This document shows positions 27,430 to 38,942 of a stretch of 52,684 nucleotides of DNA, in pieces; within the stretch, counting starts at the first letter, position 1, and every line of letters begins with the position of its first letter. Below the pieces are notes generated by a model. The model had not been told where the DNA came from. It ran no database searches and saw only the letters and a program-made list of their open reading frames with translations. This stretch comes from a virus (Duplodnaviria; Caudoviricetes), in IMG/VR virus record IMGVR_UViG_3300043270_000010, positions 1 to 52,684 of that record, one strand, 5' to 3'. The position numbers and the translations under genes are program-made.

Positions 27430-28205
27430 CAGATTGTCATTTCCTCCGCCGTCCACAGCCTCGGCACCAGGATGCCCGATCTGGCGCGATCCCATGCTTT
27501 CATCAGCAGGCCGGGGTCCTGGAAGTTGATGGCGTCGATGCGGTTGACCGCGGGGTGAATCGCGATCGTCTGCGAACGCCACGCCGCCGACGTGTCTTTC
27601 GCGAACGTCCCCGGGTCGAGCGTGGACGCGGCCAGCTGCCGCTCGGCCGCGGCGATCATGCCGCCGAGGTTAGTTCCGGCGGTGCCGCACGCCTTCTGCC
27701 TCGGCGGCGACGGCGTAAACCCCGTCGGCGGGGTGTCCGACCACGTGTCGTCGTCGGCTTCCTCCCCGGCCGCCCCGTAGAACGCGATCCACAGGTAGTC
27801 GCGGGTGCCGCCGGTCGGCGTCAGCGTCGGCGGGTCAGGCGTCGCCGACGAGCCGCTGCCGGTGGTACCGATCTGAGGCGGTTGCTTCGCCGGGTTCTCC
27901 GCGCCCGAGATGCGGTAGCCGATGCTTGCCGTCCGCGTGCTCGCGCTGGTCGTCAGCACGATGTTCCCTGAGTCCCCTGCTGCGATCCAGCGGTAGGCGA
28001 TGTAGAGGCCGTTCGCGCTGTTCTCGTCCAGCAGCTCGGTCACGGTCGGCCCGGAGGACTGCGTGATCGTAGCCGCCGTCGATCCCTTATCGAGGATCAG
28101 GAGGTAAAGCTGGTCGGGCGTCCACGTCGGCGCGGTAATCGTGTGGGACGTCCCAGCCGTGTTCGTGCTCGACTCGACCGCCTGCTCCGGAGTCGGGAAT
28201 GACAT
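27429..28205 (-). CDS. Thr/Ser-rich virion structural protein
   Basis: T/S/G-rich beta protein directly after the collagen gene. Confidence 0.65.
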   Translation of the reverse strand: MSFPTPEQAVESSTNTAGTSHTITAPTWTPDQLYLLILDKGSTAATITQSSGPTVTELLDENSANGLYIAYRWIAAGDSGNIVLTTSASTRTASIGYRISGAENPAKQPPQIGTTGSGSSATPDPPTLTPTGGTRDYLWIAFYGAAGEEADDDTWSDTPPTGFTPSPPRQKACGTAGTNLGGMIAAAERQLAASTLDPGTFAKDTSAAWRSQTIAIHPAVNRIDAINFQDPGLLMKAWDRARSGILVPRLWTAEEMTI

Positions 28206-28217
28206 GTCAGCGTCCCA

Positions 28218-30272
<2,055 letters not shown>

Positions 30273-30324
30273 CTACCCGCCATCCGTTCTATACGTCGAG
30301 CGGCCCACGAGCCACCCGGTTCTA

Positions 30325-30651
30325 TCAGCCGAGGACGATGCGGTCGCCGCTGATCGTCAGCGTCAGCTGGTTGTTCACCGACCCGAGCGCCTGCAGAATC
30401 TCCGCCTCGTCCATCGGGTAGTAGCACCAGTGGTCGAGCGGCACGTCCTCCGCGACCGGGTAGGCGTCGAAGATGCGGGTCGCGGCCGCGTCCGCCCCGA
30501 TCGACGCCGTGAAGTTCACGGTGCCCGCCCCCGGGTTGTACACGTGGATGTGCCGCACGACGACCTTCTCGTTCGACGCGACCGTCAGCTTCGTCGCCGC
30601 CGCGTTCGACACCTGCGCCGGGCCGTGGAGCCGGGTTGGAATCCTCGCCAT
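30325..30651 (-). CDS. Small structural beta protein
   Basis: GGAGG RBS; position after major tail gene. Confidence 0.65.
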   Translation of the reverse strand: MARIPTRLHGPAQVSNAAATKLTVASNEKVVVRHIHVYNPGAGTVNFTASIGADAAATRIFDAYPVAEDVPLDHWCYYPMDEAEILQALGSVNNQLTLTISGDRIVLG

Positions 30652-30685
30652 ATCGCCTGCACCTCCCTCCTAGTAGTGGTCGCTA

Positions 30686-31348
30686 TCAGCTGCCCGGCTC
30701 GACGTCGTCGGACACGCACGCCGCCGTCGGTAGATCGTCGTTCGTCTTCCAGTAGCCGCCCTCGCTGATGTCCTGCCCGTCCGGCGGCCCGTCCCCGTAC
30801 GGCCCCTGACCCCACATCGGATTCGTCCGGCTGAAACCCGTCAGCTGGTTCGCCATGAAGTCCTCCTCCGCACTGTTGTCGCCGCGCTGCCAAACCGTCA
30901 GCGGGAACACCCAATGGATGTAACGGTGGAAGCTGTCGAGGCCGCTGCCGTTGATGTGCTTCGTCCAGAACTCCAGCGCGACGCCCTGCTCGAGCTCCTC
31001 GCAGCTCAAGTCCTGCCCGCCGAACGCCACACCGACGACGTCGGTGCCGTCCACGATCGTCTCCTCGTTTAGCATCATCGCTTCCAGCTCCGGCTCGAGC
31101 GCCCCGTCCTCGAACGTGAACTCCCACCAGTTGAACACGTCCTTGCTCTTGAACCGGGCGAGGGAGCAGCCGCAGCCGTTGCGGCGGCTGAACGTGTTGC
31201 CCGTCTCGATGTTCGGGTTAAAGTTGATGGTGACGGCCTTGTCGCTGACGTAGCTGTTGCCCGTTTCGTTCAGGACGTTGCCGTCCACGTCGAGCTTCGT
31301 AACCCGCATGGCGCACAGGCCGAAGCTGACGCCGCAGTTCACTGCCAT
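30686..31348 (-). CDS. Major tail protein
   Basis: MRVTKLD..G, RNGCG, ALEFWT, WG.GPY; AAGGAGG RBS. Confidence 0.75.
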   Translation of the reverse strand: MAVNCGVSFGLCAMRVTKLDVDGNVLNETGNSYVSDKAVTINFNPNIETGNTFSRRNGCGCSLARFKSKDVFNWWEFTFEDGALEPELEAMMLNEETIVDGTDVVGVAFGGQDLSCEELEQGVALEFWTKHINGSGLDSFHRYIHWVFPLTVWQRGDNSAEEDFMANQLTGFSRTNPMWGQGPYGDGPPDGQDISEGGYWKTNDDLPTAACVSDDVEPGS

Positions 31349-31373
31349 GTCGCTGCCTCCTTCGTCGGCATCA

Positions 31374-32225
31374 TCACGGACTCCAGTCCGCCAGCACCGC
31401 AGCCTGCAGCTGCGTGTCCCAGGCGACCCAGGCGTCCTGCTCGGCCCGGTAGACGACGGTGTTGTCGCTCCGGTCTAGCGCCTGCGTGATCGTCTCCGGG
31501 TGGAGAATGATCTGCGCTCCGAGGCGGTACATGACCGGCCCTGTTGCGTACAGCCAGCTCTGCCCCACCCCGGCGGCCGTGTCAGGCGTGCCGCCGCTCG
31601 TCGGCGTGTCGCTCCCGACGTACCCGGCTCCGACCGCTACCGGCGTCCCCCGCGTCGTGCGGAGGGTGCCGCGGTCGTCGCGGAAGTGGTTGCCTCCGAG
31701 GAACCCGACGACGGCCGGTGTCACGTGAATCACTCCGTCCTGCGCCGTCTGCGCGATTGCGTCCTCCAGAAACGCGACCGCCACGGCCGCCGCCGTCGCG
31801 CCTCCGCTGTTCAGCAGCGTGACGTTGTCGTCTCCGAGGTGCGGGGCGGCCGCGAACTCGGCGTTCACGAGCTGCCGCTCCAGCGCGAAGCCGATGCGGG
31901 CCGCGAACGCCGCGTTCGTTTTGCCCTGCATCTCCCGGAACCGCTGCTCGCTCACGCCCGTGCAGATGTCCCCGAGGTACGCCGTCCACGACGGGAACGG
32001 CGCCGGGAGCGTGATCGCGTCCGGCACCGCCTTCTCCCTGGACGTGCCGGTCGCGCACGGGTCCTCCGCCATCGGCAACGCGGCCGGGTACGGCCAGATG
32101 TTCGCACCGCCCCGTGTGATCGCCTCCACGTCGGCCTCCTGCGCGACGCTGAGGAGGCCGTACATCTGGGGGCGAGGGCGCGGCCCCTCGATCGTGACGC
32201 GGGCCGCTACCGCCGTCTCGCTCAT
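31374..32225 (-). CDS. Second capsid protein (pentamer-type, as in cluster-B-like actinophages)
   Basis: Follows MCP; T..GTPVAVGAGY, WLYATGPV, N.VVYRAE. Confidence 0.7.
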   Translation of the reverse strand: MSETAVAARVTIEGPRPRPQMYGLLSVAQEADVEAITRGGANIWPYPAALPMAEDPCATGTSREKAVPDAITLPAPFPSWTAYLGDICTGVSEQRFREMQGKTNAAFAARIGFALERQLVNAEFAAAPHLGDDNVTLLNSGGATAAAVAVAFLEDAIAQTAQDGVIHVTPAVVGFLGGNHFRDDRGTLRTTRGTPVAVGAGYVGSDTPTSGGTPDTAAGVGQSWLYATGPVMYRLGAQIILHPETITQALDRSDNTVVYRAEQDAWVAWDTQLQAAVLADWSP

Positions 32226-32252
32226 GCCGCTCCCTCGCCCCTCGTCTCAGGC

Positions 32253-34034
32253 TCAGCTAGCCGAGCAGGTGAACTCGGACGTGTCCGGTGCCGCCACCGT
32301 GCCGCTCGGGCAGAGGGTGATAGCGATCCGGTGGCCCGCTTCCTCCGGGCCGACCCGTGCGATGTTCTCCCACGACTCGCCGAACTCCTCGTAGTCGTTC
32401 GTGTGGTTCAGGTCGCTGTCCCTGATGAGGCCCAGCTCCAGGCTGCCGCCGTCGAGGTACAGGAAGTGCGACGCCGGGTAGAGCCTGGCTATCGCGGTCG
32501 TGCCCGGCCAGTCCACCTGCGCTCCGGCCGCCTGCGCCTCGAACACCTCCGCCGTCGCGGCCGGGTCGATGCCCTCGTCCTTGTGCCACACGACGTTGAA
32601 GCCGTAGCGGCCGAGGAGGGCGCCGACCTGATCCTGCGGCAGATCGAAGCGGCCGTACTGACTGTTGACGAGGTCGAGACTGAACATCTCCGCGACCCAC
32701 TCCGGCAGCACGACCGTGAACCTGACGTCCCTCGACATACGGAGCCGGTTGCGGATCCCGACGCGGCTGAGCTGGAGCGCGTACAGCAGCGTCGAGGCTG
32801 CCCCGTAGACGGCCGCCCTCGTGACGTTCACGAGCAGCGTGTCCATCCGGTCGAGGAGCCGCCCCTCCGCGGTGCGCGCCCACGCCGCCATCGTGATCTC
32901 GTTCTCGTGCCGGACTCCCTCCGGCCACGTCCGCGCGTTCAGATTTCCGAACTCGCGGCAGTGTGCGACCGCGCCGACAGCGACCTCCGTCCATTCCGGG
33001 CAGTCCATCGCCTGGCAGGACTTCGTCGCGAACGTGCCGCCGAGCGCGTCGTCGGCCGCCTCGATGACGCTGATCGCGCTCGTGATGTCCCCGATCGTGC
33101 TTGGCGCCGGGAGGCTGACCGCGCCGCGGTCTGCCCGGAACCCGGGCAGGCTGTCACGGACGGGCCGCTCCGCCGTCGAGAGCTGCGGCAAATCGTAGAA
33201 CGGCGTCGGCGGCGCGCAGATGCCGCCGGACGCGACGAGCGCTTCCAGGCTCTCCCGCCCGAAGTACGCGCTCCCGATCGCCTTGATCTTCTCGGCGTTG
33301 CCCTCCGGGTCGCGGGCGCGGAGCGTCCGGTCCTCGGGGAACGGCAGGTCGGCGCTCGCGACGAGGATCCGCTCGCGTCCGCCGCCCTGGTACTTCTGCA
33401 CCTTGCCGCGTCGGCGGGCGATCTCGATGAGCGCGTCCGCGTACTCCTGCGGCCCCATCTCCGCTCCCGCCCTGATGCCGGTGTTCCCGGCTGCCGCCAC
33501 GAGCGCGTGCCGCGGCCTGCCGTCGGTCGCGCGGTGCGACTTCGGGACGGCCGGGTAGCGCACCCTGCGCGCCTCCGCCGCCGCCGTGATCGCCTCCGGC
33601 TCCGCCGCCGCCGCCTCCGTCTCGTCCGCCGCCGCCTCGCCCTCCGACTCCTCGTCGCCGTCCTTCTCGTCACCGGCGTCCTCATCTTCGTCGTCCTCGG
33701 CCGCCAGCTCCGCGACCGGCTCGTCCTCCTCCGCGAACGCGGCGTCGAGCTGCTCCGCCTCCTCCGCGAACGTGTCCTCCGCCTCCGCGCGTGCCTTCAG
33801 CTCCGCCCGGATGTCCCCGGCGAGCGCTGCTGCCGCCCGCCACTCCTCCATCGCGGCCGCCGTCCGCTCCTCGTCGCTGCCGAGGTCGGCGTAGTGCTCC
33901 GCGAGGTCGATCTTCCCGGCCTTCAGGTCGCCGGACACCGCCTTCAGCCCTGTCAGGAGGTCGCGCAGCTCCTCGTCGCCGAGATTCGCAAGTGCCTCCG
34001 GGGCTTCGGGAAAGAGCTTGCTCCCAGCCTTCAC
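32253..34034 (-). CDS. Major capsid protein (hexamer-type) with acidic scaffold-like N-terminus
   Basis: AGGAGG plus GTG start; ALVASGGICAP..PFYD, RGAVS, LELGLIRDS.LN.TNDY..F.E, CPSG. Confidence 0.88.
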   Translation of the reverse strand: MKAGSKLFPEAPEALANLGDEELRDLLTGLKAVSGDLKAGKIDLAEHYADLGSDEERTAAAMEEWRAAAALAGDIRAELKARAEAEDTFAEEAEQLDAAFAEEDEPVAELAAEDDEDEDAGDEKDGDEESEGEAAADETEAAAAEPEAITAAAEARRVRYPAVPKSHRATDGRPRHALVAAAGNTGIRAGAEMGPQEYADALIEIARRRGKVQKYQGGGRERILVASADLPFPEDRTLRARDPEGNAEKIKAIGSAYFGRESLEALVASGGICAPPTPFYDLPQLSTAERPVRDSLPGFRADRGAVSLPAPSTIGDITSAISVIEAADDALGGTFATKSCQAMDCPEWTEVAVGAVAHCREFGNLNARTWPEGVRHENEITMAAWARTAEGRLLDRMDTLLVNVTRAAVYGAASTLLYALQLSRVGIRNRLRMSRDVRFTVVLPEWVAEMFSLDLVNSQYGRFDLPQDQVGALLGRYGFNVVWHKDEGIDPAATAEVFEAQAAGAQVDWPGTTAIARLYPASHFLYLDGGSLELGLIRDSDLNHTNDYEEFGESWENIARVGPEEAGHRIAITLCPSGTVAAPDTSEFTCSAS

Positions 34035-34179
34035 GATCCGTCCCTCCTGTCGGTTGAGCGCTGTGTCGGCGGCCGGGAGGCTAGTCAGGCTCCTGGCGCG
34101 ACCCGCGCGGCGTCTCAGGCGCAGCGGGTTCCCGATGTCACTTCGTAGTATCGCCGCCGCGTCAAGCGGCTTCCCGCCG

Positions 34180-34671
34180 CTAAAGAGCCTGCACGAACCC
34201 TGCGCTGAGGTCCACGATGATGTCATCGCCGTTCGGGACGACGTGCGCGTTCTGGTACAGCAGCTCGTGCGCCGTGACCGGGATGACGGCGCTGTCGGTG
34301 CCGCCGGTGCTGTCCGGGTCGTAGCAGATGAGGAGCTTCGCCCACGTGTCCCCGGCGCTGATCGCCGAGAACGTCATGAGCGGCAACGTGAGGATGGTGC
34401 GGTCGCGGGTGTCGTCGGGCGCCCACGCCGCCAGGTCGGACTGGTCGAGCTCGATGCGCGCGTACCCGGTGTTCCCGACCTCGTCCGTCGTGCCGTGCGC
34501 GAGGACGGCCGCGAGCGTGTCCAGGTCCTGCAGGTCAGCGTCCTCGCTGATGCCCGCCTCCTGCAACGCGACGGCCACGAACACGGCGTTCGTCGGGTCG
34601 CTCGTGAGGACGCGCTGGTAGAACTCGACCTCGCGGCCCTTCGCGATGTTGAATGTGAAGTCGCTCGCCAT
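34180..34671 (-). CDS. Virion-associated hypothetical protein
   Basis: FNIAKGR, GYARI.L, PNGDDI motifs seen in phage head/neck regions. Confidence 0.65.
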   Translation of the reverse strand: MASDFTFNIAKGREVEFYQRVLTSDPTNAVFVAVALQEAGISEDADLQDLDTLAAVLAHGTTDEVGNTGYARIELDQSDLAAWAPDDTRDRTILTLPLMTFSAISAGDTWAKLLICYDPDSTGGTDSAVIPVTAHELLYQNAHVVPNGDDIIVDLSAGFVQAL

Positions 34672-34824
34672 CTATGCCGGGATCCTCGGCGTGACGGTTC
34701 GATTGCCGCCGAGCGTGACCTTCGCGGGCATCGCCGCGCTCGTCGTGCTGACGGCGCGCGGCTTCGCGACCTGGTACGGCGTCCCCATCGTCACGGTCGC
34801 GCTCATCGCGACGTGCTTCGACAT
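34672..34824 (-). CDS. Small hypothetical protein (50 aa)
   Basis: MSKHVAMSAT...; TAGCAT -10-like element just upstream; stop abuts the next ATG; not in the ORF track. Confidence 0.45.
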   Translation of the reverse strand: MSKHVAMSATVTMGTPYQVAKPRAVSTTSAAMPAKVTLGGNRTVTPRIPA

Positions 34825-34873
34825 GGCCGTGATGCTACCCCGCCCGCCCCGCCGCCGCGTCCGATTCCTGCCG

Positions 34874-35500
34874 CTAGTCGCCGTACGGGTCGAACATGGC
34901 GGCGACCCGCGCCCTGTTGCGCCCCGCCTGATTGGGTTTCCCGATCAGGCTCGCCTCGACGTCCGGGTGCTGCACGAGATTCGGGACGGTCGCCCACACC
35001 GTCACGCGGTGCCTGCCCGCCCACATCCCGACCGGGTAGTCGTCGCCCTCGCGCGGGCTTCCCCCCCACTTCGGTTCCGCGAACGCGAGGAACGCCTTCG
35101 CGTGCTCGACCGGCCACAGCAGCGCCACCGTCGGCACCCAGCTCACCGCCGTCAACGGCGACCACCGCTGCCCCGCCCGCAGCGCCGCCTCCTGCGTCCT
35201 GCGGAACTTCCGCAGCCCCGGCGTGAAGAACGCGATCATGTCGCCGGGGCGTTCCTCGACCCGGCGGAGCATCTTGTCGCGGAACCCGTCGCACGGCCAC
35301 GCGTCGTCCTGAACGACGAGCCGGTGCGTCGCACCCTCCGGCGTGCGCCTCAGCGCCTCCATGTACGTTCGGAACGGCGACCGAAGGTTCGCGTCGGGTT
35401 CCGGGTCGGTGACCGTCTCCGCGCCGCTCAGCGCCGCCTGGAGGGGTTCCAGCAGGTGCGCCCTCGCCGGGTGATGCTGGATGCAGACGCTGATGTTCAC
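34874..35500 (-). CDS. GT-A-fold glycosyltransferase
   Basis: IQHHPAR, LVVQDDA (DxD-like), GDD..., PNLVQH. Confidence 0.65.
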   Translation of the reverse strand: MNISVCIQHHPARAHLLEPLQAALSGAETVTDPEPDANLRSPFRTYMEALRRTPEGATHRLVVQDDAWPCDGFRDKMLRRVEERPGDMIAFFTPGLRKFRRTQEAALRAGQRWSPLTAVSWVPTVALLWPVEHAKAFLAFAEPKWGGSPREGDDYPVGMWAGRHRVTVWATVPNLVQHPDVEASLIGKPNQAGRNRARVAAMFDPYGD

Positions 35501-35694
35501 GCGTCCGCGCGGACGGTGATCGGGACGACGGCCGCGAGCATCGGCTCCCCAGTCGTCGGGCATGGCGCCCAGTGCGTGAACGCCGCCGCCCCCTCGACCT
35601 CGACGGGCCTCGCCAGCGGCTGGAACGTGACGTCGTCGTGGCGTCCGCCGCAGCGCTGGCAGCGCCGGACGACGCCGTAGTCGAAGGCGCTCAC
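35497..35694 (-). CDS. Small Zn-binding protein
   Basis: CQRCGG.H...HWAPCP; GTGA coupling. Confidence 0.6.
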   Translation of the reverse strand: MSAFDYGVVRRCQRCGGRHDDVTFQPLARPVEVEGAAAFTHWAPCPTTGEPMLAAVVPITVRADA

Positions 35695-38600
35695 CCCTCG
35701 ATGAGCGCGTGAAGGCTGTCGCCGCCGTCGATCGCGTCGTGCAACGCGGACGCCTCCTCCTCCTGCTCGGCGGTTACGCCGCCGGTGAGGATGAGCGCGC
35801 TGACGTACAGGCTGCCGTCCGCGCTCGCCGCGAGCGCGAGCTGGCTCCGCGGCACCGGGAACCCCGGCACCGGCACCGTGACGGCCGTGATCAGCTCCAG
35901 GTTGTAGTCGTGGCTCCGCCAGTCGCCGCTCTGAGGGTTCGCGTGCAGGTCGCGCCGCTGCGCGTCCGTGATCCGCTCCTCCACGACGCCGCTGAGCCAG
36001 ATGCCGTGCTTGCCGTCCACGGCGCGCACGTAGGCGCCGACGTGGCCGGTGCGGTCGTAGAACGCCCGCGCCGCCTGCGCGCTCAGGTTCGTGGCCGCGT
36101 GGCCGCCATCGCCGACCATGATCTTCCCGATCGGCACGAGGTCGCCCTCCGCCGTCGGCATCTCCCCGACGTGGAACAGCGCGTACCCCGTCTTGCTCCT
36201 CGGGGGCGTCACGCACGCCGTCCACACGCCGTTCACGTAGCCGGTGTGACACTGGTCCCACGTCGCCAGGTGCCCCGTCACGTACGTGAGGCCGTCCGGC
36301 CCCTCCCTATACGTGAGCGGCTGCGGCCCGTCCGGCTCCGCGACGAAGAACCCGTCCCGGGTCGGCCTCGTCAGCGTCGCCGCCGCCGTCAGCGGCTCCG
36401 GCGCCCGCAGGCTGATGCTGCCAGTGAGGGTCATCATCATCTGCCCCTCTTGGACGCCGTACCGTTCCGCGCACAGCAGGTTCGCCCTCCACGCCCGGCC
36501 GCCCGGTAGGCGGCTCGCGGCGAGGAGGGCGATCTTCGCGTCCGCGAACGCCGGGGTCGGGCAGACCGTCGCCGCCATGATCTCCCCGTCGAGGACGGCG
36601 AGCTCATACTCGCCCATGAACGCCCGCTCCCACTCCTCGTCGCTCGCGGCGTCCGGGTCGATGATGTCTCCCGTCTCCGGGTCGCGGAACGCCCACTCGT
36701 GAATCGCGAGGTCGACGCTGATACCGGTGAGGACGTCGGTCGCGACCATCCGCTCGATATCCGTCGCGTACTCGCCGATGTCGAACACGCCGGTCGAGTA
36801 GACGCTCGTGACGCCCGCCGGGAGCCGTTCCCCGCTGAGAGTCGCCTTCCGCTTCGCGAAGCCGTCCATCCGCCCCGCGACCTGCGCCCCGAGATGGCCG
36901 CCCTCGGTCGTCTCGACCATCGCCATCAGCGTCAGCGGCGGCTCCCGCCAGCGGAGGCTGCCTTCCGCCATGTAGCGGCCGTCGCCCGTCGAAAGCCCCT
37001 CGTACGCGACGTCGGCCTCCCACGCCGCGCCCGTCAGTGCTTCCTCCTCGGCTGCCAGCTGCTCCTCGACGACGGTCATCGCTGCCTCCTCGTTCGCTCC
37101 GTGTAAGGCTACCCCCTGCCCGGCGTCGGTTCCTGCCGCCGCCGCTGTATCCTCCTCCTGATGGTCGATGTTCCCGCCCTCCGCGCGCTCGGCATCCCGG
37201 AGAACGAGATACAGGATGCGGTCGCCGCCTGGCTGCGCGTCAGCCGCGAGAGCGCCATCGCCTGGATCGCTGCCCTCGACCGCGACGAGCGGCCCTACGC
37301 GGACCTCCGCGAAGTGCATCCCGCTCCCGGCGAGCGCGTCATCGAGTAGCCCCGCCGCGCGCAGCACCCGCTCGACGGCCTCGTCCAACCACGCGACGTC
37401 GGCGTCGTCCCACTGCGTCTTGAACTCCAAGATCATAAGGTCCGCCGGTCGCCGCTCATGCTCGATGGTGTCGCGCATCTCCGCCGCCAGCGCCTTATTG
37501 TCGGCGTTCCGCGCGAGCCACTGGCTGAACGCCCGCGCCCAGATCTCGACGCCGCGGACGAGATACTCGCCGTACGCCCGCCCCTTCTCGCTCAGGTCCG
37601 CCTCCAGGATGGATCCGCCCCGCCTCGTCGTGCCCCTGCTCGTGCTGAGCACCCGCCGGATCGCCTGGATCGTGTCGCTGCCCTCGGCCGCCACCCTGAA
37701 GTCGCTGGCCGCCTTCCTCAGCGCCTCGTCCTTCACCATGTGCGTCGGCGTCTCCGACAGGAACCCTCGCTCCTTCATCAGCGCCGTGTGGTCGATGTAG
37801 TGGCCGACCCCGTGCGCCATCGTCGTCGCCGGGTGCGGCGTCTCGTGACTGATGACGATCCGTAGCGGCGACGTCCCGGTGTGCTCGTAGCGGCCGTATT
37901 CCTTCATGCCGATCTCCCCGGCCGACACGGTGAACTCGTCCTTGTCGGGGAACATCTCCTTGTACGCCGCGTACAGCCGCGGCGCCGCCTTCGGCACCGC
38001 CCTGTCCAGCGCGGTGATCGTCTGCTGCGCGCCCGTCCTCGACGTCGCGTACGCGTTCGCGCCCCATCGCCGCCCGGCGATCGGCATGAACTTCTCGAAG
38101 CTGACGTCCGGGTCCTCCTGCGGCGTCTCGACCTTCGGCGCGACCGGCTCCTCCTCCCCGTACAGGGTCGTGCAGCGGCAGTTAATCGTCTCCGCGTTGC
38201 TTCCGGCCGGGTCGCCCGGGTACTGCAGCTGCTCCCCGCCGACGGTGAACGGCTGGTTCATCGGCACCGTCTGCCCGTCCGCCGACTGATGCGTGTCTCG
38301 GACGCGGGCGTCGCGTGCCGTCAACCACGTCTTGCTCTGGATCGGCGGGCGCTCCCCCGCCTCTTTCGCCGCCTCGTTCAGCTGCCTCGCCGCGTAGTCG
38401 TTCCCGCCGTTCGACAATCCGATCAGGTCGGTGCGCGCGAGCATCGTCGCCCGCCACCCGACCTCCTGCCCGACCGCCTCCCTGATGTACGTGGCCGTCT
38501 TCGGGACGCTGACGCCCTCCGCCCAGCCGCGTGCGATCGCGTGCGCGACTGGCTCGCGTAGGTGGTCGCCCAGCTGCGCCGCCCGCAGGCCGAGCTGGTC

Positions 38601-38942
38601 TAGCAGATGCTGCGGGTACGGGGCCGTCAGGTCGAAGTCCACGCCGCGGATGCGGTTGTGGACGCCCGCGATGCGGCCGAGCATCCTCCGTTGCGCCGCC
38701 CGGATGCGTGCGGTGCGTACCTGGATTGCGAGCACGTCGGCGGTGCTCGGGGGAGTCCAGTCGGCCGCCGCCGCGAGGCCCAGCCCGGCGATCGTCTTGT
38801 ACCGGCGTGCCGCCTGCTGCCCGGCGCTTCGAAGCTGCGCCGCGTACGCCTCCGTCAGCGCCTTCTCCTCCCGCTGCGCCGCCTTCCGCGCCCGGGCGCT
38901 CGCGCGGGTCAGCTCATCCGCTGCGGACGACTCGGACGGCAT
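35691..38942 (-). CDS. MuF head-morphogenesis domain + zincin-like domain + capsid maturation protease fusion
   Basis: KTW..ARD.RVR.TH...DGQ, YPGDP.G...E.INCRC (MuF); HGVGH...EIWARAF (zincin/LPD-like); EG..TGDGR, GISVD, PAFADA, GIWLSG, SGDWR, VPGFPV (protease). Confidence 0.85.
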   Translation of the reverse strand: MPSESSAADELTRASARARKAAQREEKALTEAYAAQLRSAGQQAARRYKTIAGLGLAAAADWTPPSTADVLAIQVRTARIRAAQRRMLGRIAGVHNRIRGVDFDLTAPYPQHLLDQLGLRAAQLGDHLREPVAHAIARGWAEGVSVPKTATYIREAVGQEVGWRATMLARTDLIGLSNGGNDYAARQLNEAAKEAGERPPIQSKTWLTARDARVRDTHQSADGQTVPMNQPFTVGGEQLQYPGDPAGSNAETINCRCTTLYGEEEPVAPKVETPQEDPDVSFEKFMPIAGRRWGANAYATSRTGAQQTITALDRAVPKAAPRLYAAYKEMFPDKDEFTVSAGEIGMKEYGRYEHTGTSPLRIVISHETPHPATTMAHGVGHYIDHTALMKERGFLSETPTHMVKDEALRKAASDFRVAAEGSDTIQAIRRVLSTSRGTTRRGGSILEADLSEKGRAYGEYLVRGVEIWARAFSQWLARNADNKALAAEMRDTIEHERRPADLMILEFKTQWDDADVAWLDEAVERVLRAAGLLDDALAGSGMHFAEVRVGPLVAVEGSDPGDGALAADAQPGGDRILYLVLRDAERAEGGNIDHQEEDTAAAAGTDAGQGVALHGANEEAAMTVVEEQLAAEEEALTGAAWEADVAYEGLSTGDGRYMAEGSLRWREPPLTLMAMVETTEGGHLGAQVAGRMDGFAKRKATLSGERLPAGVTSVYSTGVFDIGEYATDIERMVATDVLTGISVDLAIHEWAFRDPETGDIIDPDAASDEEWERAFMGEYELAVLDGEIMAATVCPTPAFADAKIALLAASRLPGGRAWRANLLCAERYGVQEGQMMMTLTGSISLRAPEPLTAAATLTRPTRDGFFVAEPDGPQPLTYREGPDGLTYVTGHLATWDQCHTGYVNGVWTACVTPPRSKTGYALFHVGEMPTAEGDLVPIGKIMVGDGGHAATNLSAQAARAFYDRTGHVGAYVRAVDGKHGIWLSGVVEERITDAQRRDLHANPQSGDWRSHDYNLELITAVTVPVPGFPVPRSQLALAASADGSLYVSALILTGGVTAEQEEEASALHDAIDGGDSLHALIEG

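Noticed and set aside
34035-34179. Structured RNA or strong promoter in the capsid leader
   Set aside because: TTGACG is present but has no correctly spaced -10, and I could not define a convincing fold by eye
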